Positions 8,727 through 17,837 of a stretch of 32,283 bases of DNA are shown piece after piece. Below the pieces are notes generated by a model that saw nothing but the letters and a program-made list of their open reading frames with translations, made no database searches and was not told the DNA's origin. The stretch comes from Candidatus Woesearchaeota archaeon. GTDB taxonomy: Archaea > Nanobdellota > Nanobdellia > Pacearchaeales > GW2011-AR1. Position 1 is the stretch's first letter. Every line of letters starts with the position of its first letter. The DNA lies in NCBI GenBank assembly GCA_964482315.1, contig CAYZWY010000001.1, positions 1 through 32,283 on the forward strand, written 5' to 3'. The position numbers and the translations under genes are program-made.

Positions 8727-10025
8727 TTAATCAATAAATTCTTTTCCAAGCCTTGTATTAAATTCTCTAGAAATATTCTGCTTCATTTTTTCATTAGTAA
8801 TAATGCTCCCCCTCCATTGAGGATGTCCCAAAATCCATCCTAATTTAACAAAAGCTGTCTCTGGCAAAATATCTTCGAGATAATTCACATTAATTTCTTT
8901 TAATTTTCTTCCAGGAGAATAAACATAAGGATTTAATCTCCCATATAATGTTTGGGGAACTGCATAAACTATCATGCCCTTCTTAATTATTTCCTTTAAT
9001 TTAGATTCCCAATTATATTTTCCTTCCAAACTTACATGCCCTAATCCAGACATTTCAATTACAATTCCCTTATAATTATTTTTTAGATAAAAATCTAAAA
9101 TTTTAGGGTCACAACAGGGAGAAAATTTGATTAAGGCAATTTTTTCATTAAAAACTGCATCAACAATTACTTTTTGATTATTTCTTTTATTAATATCATA
9201 CCTTAGCATTTCTATTTTATCTGGCCAAATTTTTGCAATAATTTCACAGTTTATTGGTTTAAATGCATCTCTTCTAGAAGTATGCATTTTTCTGCATTTA
9301 TTGGCTTGCAAAACATGGCAATAATTATCATTAATTGTTGCATGCCCAACCAAAGTTACTTCTGCAATATCTGATAAAGCAATTTCTGCAGAACAAATTA
9401 AATTTAATCTTGCATCACTACTTCCCCGATCACTACTTCTTTGACTATAAGTCAGAACAACTGGTTTATTTAATTTCCCAAGCATAAAACTAAGTGCTGA
9501 ACCAGTATAATGTAAAAAATCAGTTCCATGCGTAATAATTACCCCCTTAACTTCAGGATTATTCAAAGATTTGCCTACAATTTTTGCAAGTTTTATCCAT
9601 TCTAGAGCCCCAATATTTTCACTTGCCTTCATAAAAGGAGATTTTATTCGAATATTTGCTTTTTCAAAAATTTCTGGATAAGTTTTAAAAAATTCATTTA
9701 TCTCTGTTAAATCTTTAACTCCCCCACTTTTATAATCTAATTTACTAGAAATTGTTCCTCCACAAATAATTAAATCAATGATTGGTTTTTTATCATCTAA
9801 CTTTAATTGAAATACTTTGGTTTTTTTTTCTCTAACTCTTTTTAAGATTTTAATTTTAGAAATGTTTTCTTTTTTCAATCCAATATTATATCCATTTTCT
9901 AATTTCAAAAGCAAAATTCTTTTATCATAACTCTCTAAAAAGATTCCTTTTTCAATCTTATCATTAATAACAATCTCAATTTTGTCTCCAGGTAAGAGAT
10001 TTAATTTTTTATATTTTTTAATCAT
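8727..10025 (-). CDS. gatD: Glu-tRNA(Gln) amidotransferase subunit D
   Basis: GatD-type N-terminal barrel followed by an asparaginase domain: 'ICGGTISSKLDYKSGGV', 'VIITHGTDFLHYT', 'VVLTYSQRS'. 432 aa. Confidence 0.9.
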   Translation of the reverse strand: MIKKYKKLNLLPGDKIEIVINDKIEKGIFLESYDKRILLLKLENGYNIGLKKENISKIKILKRVREKKTKVFQLKLDDKKPIIDLIICGGTISSKLDYKSGGVKDLTEINEFFKTYPEIFEKANIRIKSPFMKASENIGALEWIKLAKIVGKSLNNPEVKGVIITHGTDFLHYTGSALSFMLGKLNKPVVLTYSQRSSDRGSSDARLNLICSAEIALSDIAEVTLVGHATINDNYCHVLQANKCRKMHTSRRDAFKPINCEIIAKIWPDKIEMLRYDINKRNNQKVIVDAVFNEKIALIKFSPCCDPKILDFYLKNNYKGIVIEMSGLGHVSLEGKYNWESKLKEIIKKGMIVYAVPQTLYGRLNPYVYSPGRKLKEINVNYLEDILPETAFVKLGWILGHPQWRGSIITNEKMKQNISREFNTRLGKEFID

Positions 10026-10028
10026 ATT

Positions 10029-10049
10029 AAATTATAAATTATAAATTAT
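10029..10049. repeat. (AAATTAT)x3 micro-repeat in the gatD upstream region
   Basis: Three exact tandem 7-mers lie between the mcm stop and the gatD start. They overlap the expected gatD TATA position. Confidence 0.6.
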
Positions 10050-10072
10050 AAAAAGCTTTTCAATAAAAATTT

Positions 10073-12088
10073 TTAAGAAATCAATTGAAAAAATCCTAGT
10101 TTTGGTTGAAAAATATCTCCATTTTTTCTTAATTTTTCAACAGACTCTTCAAATTCTTCATCTGAAAGGTTCTCTTTTAATTCTTTTCTTAAAATATCTT
10201 TTGGGATCATTTTTCCATGTTCTTCTTCTAATTTTCTCATAGTTTCTTTTAATAAAATAATCTTGCTCCTTTGACTTGAATTGATTGTTGTGGTAAATCT
10301 ATCTATATCAAAAGTTTTTGTTTCAGAATCATACCCTACTTGCATTAAATAATAATTTGTCAAATCTATTGCTATTTTTGCATCTTCTTTTTCAACTGTT
10401 GGACTAAGCCTAAGTTTTGCATATGCCTCACTTAATCTAACCAATCCTTGTAATTGCCTTGCAGAAATTGGAATTGCCCCAGAACCTTCTGAACTTTGAA
10501 GATTTCTTAATTTAACATAATAATTTTTGATTTCAGCTACTGCAGATTCGCTAAGAACTGGTTTTATTTTTTGTTTTGCATATGCAATATATTTTTTGAA
10601 TAAATCTGTATTTATCGGCGCTTTTTTTCCTTTCATCTGATGCAAATTTAGCATATGCGTTGCAATTGCATCATCTTGTTTAGCATTGGGCAAATCTCTT
10701 AATATAAAAATTAAATCAAATCGATTAATAAGAGTTGGTGGGAGATCAATCTGTTGAGTAATGGATTGTAAAGGTTCAAATCTACCATATTTAGGATTTC
10801 CTGCTGCGAGAACAGAAGTTTGGGCAGAAAGTGTAGCTTGAACATTTGCTTTACTTATTGTAACAGTTTGTTGTTCCATTGCCTCATGCATTGCACTCCT
10901 ATCTGAAGCATCCATCTTTTCAATTTCATCAATACATATAATTCCTTTATTTGCTAAAACCATTGCTCCAGCTTCTAGAGACCAACCTTTTAAAAATTCA
11001 TCCCGGACTACTGTGGCTGTTATTCCTGCACCAGTAGCTGCCTTTCCAACAATATATCTGCCTTTTGGTGCAATCTCTGAAATAAATTTTAGAGTTACAG
11101 ATTTAGCTACTCCAGGATCTCCAATTAAAAATAAGTGAATATCCCCCCGAGAAGTAGTTCCTCCAGAAGTAATCTTTCTAACTCCGCCAAACAACTGTAA
11201 AATTAAAGCCTCTTTTATTTTCTCATATCCCCAGATACTTGGGGCAATAGTATCTCTTAATTTTTTGAATAATTCTGGATCTTCTGAAAGCTCATGAATC
11301 TGCCTTTCATCTTCTTCATTAATTTCTAATTCTTCATAAGTTGATTCAAGTGGAATTAAATTATTTGCTTCAATTGCTAAATCAAATCTTGTTGAAATAG
11401 AACCAGTTTTTAATGGAACTGGAACCTCTTTTAAAATTCCTAAAATTTTAACTTTGCTTCCAGGAGTTGTTCTTTCTTCCATACTTGGCTCTACTAAATC
11501 TTCTTTTAAAAATACATTCATCCTTCTAGGTTGCTCTCCGCCTGCTAAAGATTCTGTAGATTCTTCTATTACTAACCTTTGTGCATCAACCATTGTTTTT
11601 GCTAACAATCTAAATTGCCCGCGCCTACCACAAGAACATCTTGAAGGTTCTCTAAATTTCTTTTCTATTTGCAATACTGAAATTACTGTCCCACAAGAAG
11701 GACATTCAAACTTTGCATTAACTACTTGAGGTCTTACTTCTGAAGCTTGTCTGACTAAACCTTCAAAAGAAATAAAATTATTCAAATGATTAGCCCGAAT
11801 ATTTCTTATTTTAACTTTTTGCGTATCTGGAAGACTATTAAATCTAATTCGGAAATTTCCTCCAGAATATCCTACCCCTTCTAAGGCAGTTTCTAATAAT
11901 TGCAATATTTCCTCAGGAGAAGAAATTAAAGCTTCTGAAAGAATAGGAGAAATTAATGCTAAATCCTCAAAATTAATAAAAAGGACTTTTCTCCCTTTTC
12001 TTGCACTTTCTCCAATTTCCTTTTTATAACTATCAAAAAAAGATTTTGCCTCAATTAACAAATCTTCATTAGTTTTTTTTGAAATCAT
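10073..12088 (-). CDS. mcm: MCM replicative helicase
   Basis: C4 zinc finger 'CPSCG...CSCG', Walker A 'GDPGVAKS', Walker B 'ICIDEIEKM', arginine finger 'SRFDLIF'-like 'NRFDLIFIL'. C-terminal winged helix. No intein. Confidence 0.95.
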   Translation of the reverse strand: MISKKTNEDLLIEAKSFFDSYKKEIGESARKGRKVLFINFEDLALISPILSEALISSPEEILQLLETALEGVGYSGGNFRIRFNSLPDTQKVKIRNIRANHLNNFISFEGLVRQASEVRPQVVNAKFECPSCGTVISVLQIEKKFREPSRCSCGRRGQFRLLAKTMVDAQRLVIEESTESLAGGEQPRRMNVFLKEDLVEPSMEERTTPGSKVKILGILKEVPVPLKTGSISTRFDLAIEANNLIPLESTYEELEINEEDERQIHELSEDPELFKKLRDTIAPSIWGYEKIKEALILQLFGGVRKITSGGTTSRGDIHLFLIGDPGVAKSVTLKFISEIAPKGRYIVGKAATGAGITATVVRDEFLKGWSLEAGAMVLANKGIICIDEIEKMDASDRSAMHEAMEQQTVTISKANVQATLSAQTSVLAAGNPKYGRFEPLQSITQQIDLPPTLINRFDLIFILRDLPNAKQDDAIATHMLNLHQMKGKKAPINTDLFKKYIAYAKQKIKPVLSESAVAEIKNYYVKLRNLQSSEGSGAIPISARQLQGLVRLSEAYAKLRLSPTVEKEDAKIAIDLTNYYLMQVGYDSETKTFDIDRFTTTINSSQRSKIILLKETMRKLEEEHGKMIPKDILRKELKENLSDEEFEESVEKLRKNGDIFQPKLGFFQLIS

Positions 12089-12108
12089 ATAAAAAAAAGA
12101 ATTCTTTA

Positions 12109-12116
12109 ATTTATAA
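12109..12116 (-). promoter_or_regulatory. TATA box candidate for mcm
   Basis: The minus strand reads TTATAAAT, centred about 26 nt upstream of the mcm ATG (12088). Confidence 0.4.
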
Positions 12117-12214
12117 GTATTTATCTATGAAGTTAATATAATTGCAAGGAACATTTTAAGAAATTAACTTTACAATTGCTATAAATAAATTAAAAAATTT
12201 GAAATAAAAGGTTT

Positions 12215-12222
12215 TTTAAATA
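12215..12222 (+). promoter_or_regulatory. TATA box candidate for proS
   Basis: TTTAAATA is centred about 24-26 nt upstream of the ATG at 12242. Confidence 0.45.
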
Positions 12223-12241
12223 TTCTTTAATTATTTAAATT

Positions 12242-13675
12242 ATGGAAGATACAAAAAAGATAACTGTAGAAAAAGATGAATTCTCAGAATGGTTTATTCA
12301 AATGATATTAAAAGCTGATCTTACAGATTATACAGATGTCTCTGGATGCTTAGTTTTCAAACCATCTGCTTATGCAATGTGGGAAAAAATAAAAGAAGAA
12401 ATTAATAATGAATTCAAAAAATTAGAAATAAAAAATGTTTATTTCCCACTTTTAATACCTGAAAAATTACTAAAAAAAGAACAAAAACATTTGAAAGGTT
12501 TTGCACCAGAAGTTGCTTGGGTAACTCATACAGGAAATAATAAATTAAAAGAGAGACTTGCAATAAGGCCCACCTCAGAAGCATTAATGTATAAATCTTA
12601 TTCTAAATGGGTGAGGAGCTATAAAGATCTTCCTTTAAAATTAAATCAATGGAATAATGTAATAAGGTGGGAATTCAAACATCCCATCCCATTTTTAAGA
12701 ACGAGGGAATTTTTATGGAATGAGGGGCATACTGTTTATGCAACAAAAGAACAAGCAGAGAAAGAAGAAAAACAAATAATAAAAATTTATAAAGATTTTT
12801 GTGAGAATTATTTAGCACTTCCATCATTAATTGGAAGAAAATCTAAAAAAGAAACCTTTCCTGGAGCAGAATATACAACATCTATGGAATTTTATATGCC
12901 AAATGGAAAATCTATTCAAGGTCCAGATTTTCATTTTGATGGTCAAAATTTTTCAAAAGTTTATGGGATTAGATTTTTAGATGAAAATGAAAATGAAAAA
13001 TATGCTTATCAAAATACTTTTGCTATAACCACCCGGATTCTTGGAATTATGTTTGCAATTCATTCAGATAAAAAAGGATTGATTCTTCCCCCAAAAATGG
13101 CCCAGAATAAAATTGTTATAATTCCTATTTTTTCAAAGAAAAATGAAAAACAAATAATAAAAAAATCTCAAGAAATTTTTGAGGAGTTAAAGGAATTTAG
13201 TCCAATAATAGACAAAAGAAAAGATTATCGTCCGGGATTTAAATTCAATGAATACGAATTAAAAGGCATTCCTTTAAGAATTGAGATTGGGGAAAAAGAA
13301 TTAATTAAAAAACAAGTTACATTGACTCAAAGAAATAATAATAAAAAACATTCTATAAAAATTTCAGAATTAAAAAAGAAGATTCCGAAAATTTTAGAAG
13401 AAATGCAACTTTCACTATTAAAAAAGGCAAAAAAATTATTAAATGCAAATATTGAAAGGGCTAATAAATTAAATGAAACCATCCGATTAATAAAAAACAA
13501 AAAAATTGTCATTGCCCCATTATGTGATTCAGAAAAATGTGAAGAAATATTAAAATATAAATCCCAAGGCGCAAAAGTTTTAAATATTTCTAAAGAAAAA
13601 ATAATAGAAAATACAAAATGCATTATTTGCAATAAAAAAGCAAAATACTTTGCAAGAATCGGGAAATCTTATTGA
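12242..13675 (+). CDS. proS: prolyl-tRNA synthetase, archaeal/eukaryal type
   Basis: Class II motifs 'IRPTSE', 'RTREFLWNEGH'. C-terminal Cys-rich domain ending in the conserved terminal Tyr ('...RIGKSY'). 477 aa. Confidence 0.9.
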   Translation: MEDTKKITVEKDEFSEWFIQMILKADLTDYTDVSGCLVFKPSAYAMWEKIKEEINNEFKKLEIKNVYFPLLIPEKLLKKEQKHLKGFAPEVAWVTHTGNNKLKERLAIRPTSEALMYKSYSKWVRSYKDLPLKLNQWNNVIRWEFKHPIPFLRTREFLWNEGHTVYATKEQAEKEEKQIIKIYKDFCENYLALPSLIGRKSKKETFPGAEYTTSMEFYMPNGKSIQGPDFHFDGQNFSKVYGIRFLDENENEKYAYQNTFAITTRILGIMFAIHSDKKGLILPPKMAQNKIVIIPIFSKKNEKQIIKKSQEIFEELKEFSPIIDKRKDYRPGFKFNEYELKGIPLRIEIGEKELIKKQVTLTQRNNNKKHSIKISELKKKIPKILEEMQLSLLKKAKKLLNANIERANKLNETIRLIKNKKIVIAPLCDSEKCEEILKYKSQGAKVLNISKEKIIENTKCIICNKKAKYFARIGKSY

Positions 13676-13722
13676 AAAAATTACATATAAATTAAAAATT
13701 TCTAAAAATTAAAATTACTCCC

Positions 13723-14769
13723 TTAAATTAAGTGTTTTTTAATATTTTCTTTAAATTTGGGAAGATATTCTGAATTTATTTTTGCGCCTGTAGCATTTTT
13801 ATGCCCACCACCAACTGCTCCTGGAATGTCTTTAATAATTTTAGCTGTTAATCCTTTAATATTTTGTTTCCCCCTTAAAGAAATATTTGCGAAATCGTTT
13901 TTAAAATAAATTACAACTATTAATTTGTCTGGGAATTCATAAATCAATTGATTTGCTAAATTAGAACTTAAACTTAAATTGCCAGCATATTGAAAATAAA
14001 GGATTTTTTTGTTTGCTACTTTTCTAGCTTTGATCATTAATTCCTGATATTTTTTATTTATTTCATTATATCTATTTAAAATTTGCTTGGTATATTTGTT
14101 CTCTTCTAAAACATCTTGGGGGCTTTTTGCAGAAATCATAAATTTCATCATCCTAATAACATTTGTTGTACTATCTTTTAAAGAAAAATCAAGAATTCTT
14201 GCAATTTTTCCAATTTCAGAATTAAAGAATAAATCAAATGCTGTAGGATTCTTTTTCTGAAGACTCAATTCTAAAAAATTCTTTTTAAAATCTTTATAAA
14301 AATCTGGTAAATAACAATCACTAATACAACCAATTAAAGCTAACCAAATATCTTTTTTATTATTTATAATTTTATAACATAAATAAGAAACTGGTTCATT
14401 TTTTTTATCGATTAAAAGGGGATTGTAATAATAGATAGAATCCTTGCTTTTTATGATTTTTTTAGATTCATGATGATCAATCCAGACTACTGGTAAATTA
14501 TTTGTTTTTGCCTTTTCTAAAAATTCATCAGAAACCATAAATTTATCTAAAATAAAAATATAATCGGGATTTAATTCTTCTACTTTTTTATAATAAGAAA
14601 CATTTAATTCTGGAAAAGATTTAATTACAATGCCCTTCCCCCGCCCTAAAAATCTTCTTAATAATAAAAAACTTATTAGCCCATCATTATCATTATCAAA
14701 AAAAAACAAAGGATTTTGTGCTTTTTCTAAGTGTTCTCTTATTTCTTTAATTTGATTATTTGTTAACAT
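13723..14769 (-). CDS. DHH/DHHA1 phosphoesterase (RecJ-like nuclease or nanoRNase/cyclic-dinucleotide phosphodiesterase)
   Basis: Motifs 'FFFDNDNDGLIS', 'VWIDHHES', 'GCISDC' and DHHA1 'GGGHKNATGA'. 348 aa. Confidence 0.8.
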   Translation of the reverse strand: MLTNNQIKEIREHLEKAQNPLFFFDNDNDGLISFLLLRRFLGRGKGIVIKSFPELNVSYYKKVEELNPDYIFILDKFMVSDEFLEKAKTNNLPVVWIDHHESKKIIKSKDSIYYYNPLLIDKKNEPVSYLCYKIINNKKDIWLALIGCISDCYLPDFYKDFKKNFLELSLQKKNPTAFDLFFNSEIGKIARILDFSLKDSTTNVIRMMKFMISAKSPQDVLEENKYTKQILNRYNEINKKYQELMIKARKVANKKILYFQYAGNLSLSSNLANQLIYEFPDKLIVVIYFKNDFANISLRGKQNIKGLTAKIIKDIPGAVGGGHKNATGAKINSEYLPKFKENIKKHLI

Positions 14770-14848
14770 AAATTGCTTGCCCCCAATTAATTTTCAATAT
14801 TTTCGATATTTTAAATTATTAAAATTATAAAAAGATATCTAATGATTC

Positions 14849-16000
14849 TTAAAACTCTTTTCCCAATAATATTTGCTCTCTTAAGCTACCAAGTTCTTTT
14901 TTAAAATTTTCTGCATTGTTTTTGAGAATTCTTTTTAATTCTATTTCATTTGCATTAAGTATATTATTTAAATTTCCGAAAAAATCTATTAAATTTTTTA
15001 TTTCATTTTTATTTAAATTTGTTTTATTTAAAATGCGAATCCCTCGAGGATTAATTCCCTTCTCAAAAGATTCTCCAAATAATAACCTTGAAATGTTTTC
15101 TTCATCTAAAAGCCCATCAAAACTCAAACTTTCGAAAAATCGATTTACTCTTGCAGGTTTAGAAAAATAATCTTGAATTATTTCTTCCCTTTTTTTTGAG
15201 AGGTCTTTTATTAATTCTTTCATTCTCATTCTAACAATAATTCCTTCCTTCCCTAATTCTACAATATATCCATTTATTATCTCTGACATTTTCTTTATCA
15301 TTTCTAATCTTTTCAGAATATTACAAACATCCCGAATAGAGACCAAATTTGTTATTTCAAGAATATTGAAATTCGTTAGCAATTCCTTAAAAATTTCTCT
15401 TTGCTTTTCTAAAATCTGAAGTGTTTCTGTGGCTCTTCTTAATAACTCTGAAGTTTCTTGTAAAACATAAGAAAATTCACCAGAATAAATTGTAATTTTC
15501 CTTCTTTTTTCAGAAATAGCAATAACAAGACCCATTATTTGTTTTGCAGTTCTCTCTGCAGCTTGATGTCTTGTTCCAGTCTCATTGCTAATTAAAGTTT
15601 TATCTGGAATTAATAAGGCATTTGCATGAGATATTTTTTTGTAATCCTCAGATAAAATAATTGAACCATCCATTTTAGCTAATTCTAATAATTTTTTGGG
15701 AGTAAATCTACAATTAATTTTAAATCCTCCCTGAAAAATTCCAGATAATTTCCCATTATTTATAACAATTAAGGCCCCCCTTCCAGATTCAACAATATAA
15801 TCTAAACCTTGCCTTAAATTTGTTCCAGGACTTAATTTTTTTAATAAATTTAATTTTATTAATTTTTTTTGTCTTCTAATATCTATTGGTTTTTGGATGT
15901 TCCTTCTTTGCTTCTCAAAATTTTCTCTAGAATTTGCTTTCGTATTCTCTTTAAAATTTATTTTAATATTTTGAGAATTATCTATTTTATCTTTTTCCAT
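14849..16000 (-). CDS. disA: DisA-type diadenylate cyclase (DNA integrity scanning protein)
   Basis: Matches bacterial DisA by eye end to end: 'LSPGTNLRQGLDYIV', 'GALIVI', 'ELAKMDGSIILS', 'ETGTRHQAAERTAKQ', 'LVIAISEKRRKITIY', helical linker, and a C-terminal HhH-like 'IKNLIDFFGNLNNILNANEIELKRI'. Confidence 0.88.
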   Translation of the reverse strand: MEKDKIDNSQNIKINFKENTKANSRENFEKQRRNIQKPIDIRRQKKLIKLNLLKKLSPGTNLRQGLDYIVESGRGALIVINNGKLSGIFQGGFKINCRFTPKKLLELAKMDGSIILSEDYKKISHANALLIPDKTLISNETGTRHQAAERTAKQIMGLVIAISEKRRKITIYSGEFSYVLQETSELLRRATETLQILEKQREIFKELLTNFNILEITNLVSIRDVCNILKRLEMIKKMSEIINGYIVELGKEGIIVRMRMKELIKDLSKKREEIIQDYFSKPARVNRFFESLSFDGLLDEENISRLLFGESFEKGINPRGIRILNKTNLNKNEIKNLIDFFGNLNNILNANEIELKRILKNNAENFKKELGSLREQILLGKEF

Positions 16001-16022
16001 AAAAGAATTAAATAATGATTCT

Positions 16023-16030
16023 TTATAAAA
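16023..16030 (-). promoter_or_regulatory. TATA box candidate for disA
   Basis: The minus strand reads TTTTATAA, centred about 26 nt upstream of the disA ATG (16000). Confidence 0.4.
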
Positions 16031-16126
16031 ATTTATGATGCAGATTATAATAAATGAAAAATTTTTTCAAATTTAATATTTTCTCACTATTCTAAAATAA
16101 AGGTCAAATTAGTAAAATAAAAGATT

Positions 16127-16852
16127 TTAAATTAAGAAAATTAAAACTCCTTCAATAATTGCAGCAATAATTAATAAAGGAAGCACAATCATAAAAAATA
16201 CCCTTAGTGACTCAATGATCTTTATATTTAACTCTTTCATTTGTTCTTTATTTTTACTAAAAAAATAGGTTGCCAATAAAAAAATAACCGGAGAAAATAA
16301 AAATAAAATAACAAGGATTATTTTTGGAACTTTGCCTTTGTAATTTTTTATGAAATTAATTATGAAAATTATAGAATAAACCCCCAACATTAGGCCAAGA
16401 CTTAAGCTAATAATAACTGCAGGGATTTCAAAGATTCCATGAGGTAATAGTCTCCATAAAGAAATCAAATTAAAATTAATTAAAGTTCTACTTATAACAA
16501 AACCTAAAAGATATCCATTAATAATTAAAATAATCAATGGAAATAGGCCAAAAAAAATTCCAAGGATCATACCTAAAAAAGAAGTTTTTATATTATTTTT
16601 AAAGATAAATAAAATTAAATTAATCAGATTGAGACCTTTTGTTTTATCTAAAAGCTCTGTTATCAATTTTAAAATTTCTTGTTTAAAAAATATAGGGAAA
16701 AAATATCCTAAAATAATAAAAGATAAAAATAAAATTATAGAAAAAATTATATAGGATTTTCCCATCTTAATTTGTTTTAAACTTTTCTTAAAATTTTCAT
16801 GAATAAAATTATTAAGATTAATGGAATGCTTTTTAAATCTGCTAATTTTCAT
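16127..16852 (-). CDS. SpoIIM-family (DUF95) integral membrane protein
   Basis: 'RLLPHGIFEIPAVIISLSLG' is the characteristic SpoIIM-family segment. Polytopic. Its start overlaps the rhomboid stop (ATGA). Confidence 0.6.
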   Translation of the reverse strand: MKISRFKKHSINLNNFIHENFKKSLKQIKMGKSYIIFSIILFLSFIILGYFFPIFFKQEILKLITELLDKTKGLNLINLILFIFKNNIKTSFLGMILGIFFGLFPLIILIINGYLLGFVISRTLINFNLISLWRLLPHGIFEIPAVIISLSLGLMLGVYSIIFIINFIKNYKGKVPKIILVILFLFSPVIFLLATYFFSKNKEQMKELNIKIIESLRVFFMIVLPLLIIAAIIEGVLIFLI

Positions 16853-17739
16853 TTTTTTTGAAAAAATTTATTTAATAAATTAATTTTTCTTTTATATTTT
16901 CTTTTTAAATAAATTCCATAACCTAAACCAATTAACAGCCCCCCAAGATGCGCACTATTTCCAATTGGAAGTTCAACAAACAATCCAATAATAGATAAGG
17001 GAACAATTGCGATTATTGGTAAAATCCAAAAACTTAATTTTAAAGGAATTGCTAATTTTCTAATTTTCGGATTAAAAGAAAAAATAGCAAATATTGAAAC
17101 AAATAAATAAATTGTAAGTAAAAAACTTAAGGTTTTAATAAAAGAAACTTCAGGAAATACTCCTAAAAGAATTGATTCTAAAATTATGGCTATTAAAGGG
17201 CCACAAATTAAATAAACTTTATTCTTAGGAGTTAAAATTGCAAGCAAGCCTAACAATGCAAAAATCGCTCCACTTGCACCCATTGCAAAGATTAAAGGAT
17301 TTGAGAAAAGTTTTTCTCCAAGAGGCATTTTAGTAAAGAAAAAAGAAAGAACAGAATAAAAAAATCCTGCGAATAATCCCGAAATTAAATAAAAATACAA
17401 AAATCTTTTTCTACCAATAACTTTCTCTACAAAATTTCCAATAAAAAATAAAGAAATCATATTACAAATTAAATGCATAAGATTTGCATGAAGAAATAAA
17501 CTAGTTAATAATAACCAGAGATCTCCAGAAAAAATAGCAGAAGGTCTTAATGCTAAAACTGAAAAAATTTTTTCTTGGCCAAAAATCAAAGATAAAAAAA
17601 TTACACTAATAAAAACAAGGAGATTGACGAATATTATTAAATTAGATATGCTGAATCTTTTGAAAAAATTATTAAAAATTTTGCCAGAAAAATTCCTTTT
17701 TAATCTTCTTTTAGTATAAGTTCTTAATGTTTTTTTCAT
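16849..17739 (-). CDS. rhomboid-family intramembrane serine protease
   Basis: 'FLHANLMHLICNM' (HxxxN), catalytic 'GASGAIFALLG' (GxSG) and a downstream 'AHLGGLLIG' catalytic His. Confidence 0.88.
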   Translation of the reverse strand: MKKTLRTYTKRRLKRNFSGKIFNNFFKRFSISNLIIFVNLLVFISVIFLSLIFGQEKIFSVLALRPSAIFSGDLWLLLTSLFLHANLMHLICNMISLFFIGNFVEKVIGRKRFLYFYLISGLFAGFFYSVLSFFFTKMPLGEKLFSNPLIFAMGASGAIFALLGLLAILTPKNKVYLICGPLIAIILESILLGVFPEVSFIKTLSFLLTIYLFVSIFAIFSFNPKIRKLAIPLKLSFWILPIIAIVPLSIIGLFVELPIGNSAHLGGLLIGLGYGIYLKRKYKRKINLLNKFFQKK

Positions 17740-17837
17740 AATTTAGTAAATTCTTAATTATTATTTTTTAATGAAATATCGGTTTCAAATAAATATCTGG
17801 AAAGCATAAATAAATCAAAATTTTGATTATTATTTCT

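Noticed and set aside
10029-10049. (AAATTAT)x3 tandem repeat between mcm and gatD.
   Set aside because: It is short, and it overlaps the position where the gatD TATA box is expected. It is most simply a reiterated TATA-like sequence in AT-rich spacer.
12089-12241. The mcm/proS divergent intergenic region as a possible replication origin; it has an 8-bp inverted repeat AAGTTAAT...ATTAACTT at 12130-12137 and 12164-12171.
   Set aside because: No orc1/cdc6 gene is adjacent and there are no repeated ORB-like elements. One AT-rich 8-mer inverted repeat is weak evidence at this base composition. The region is explained by two back-to-back promoters.
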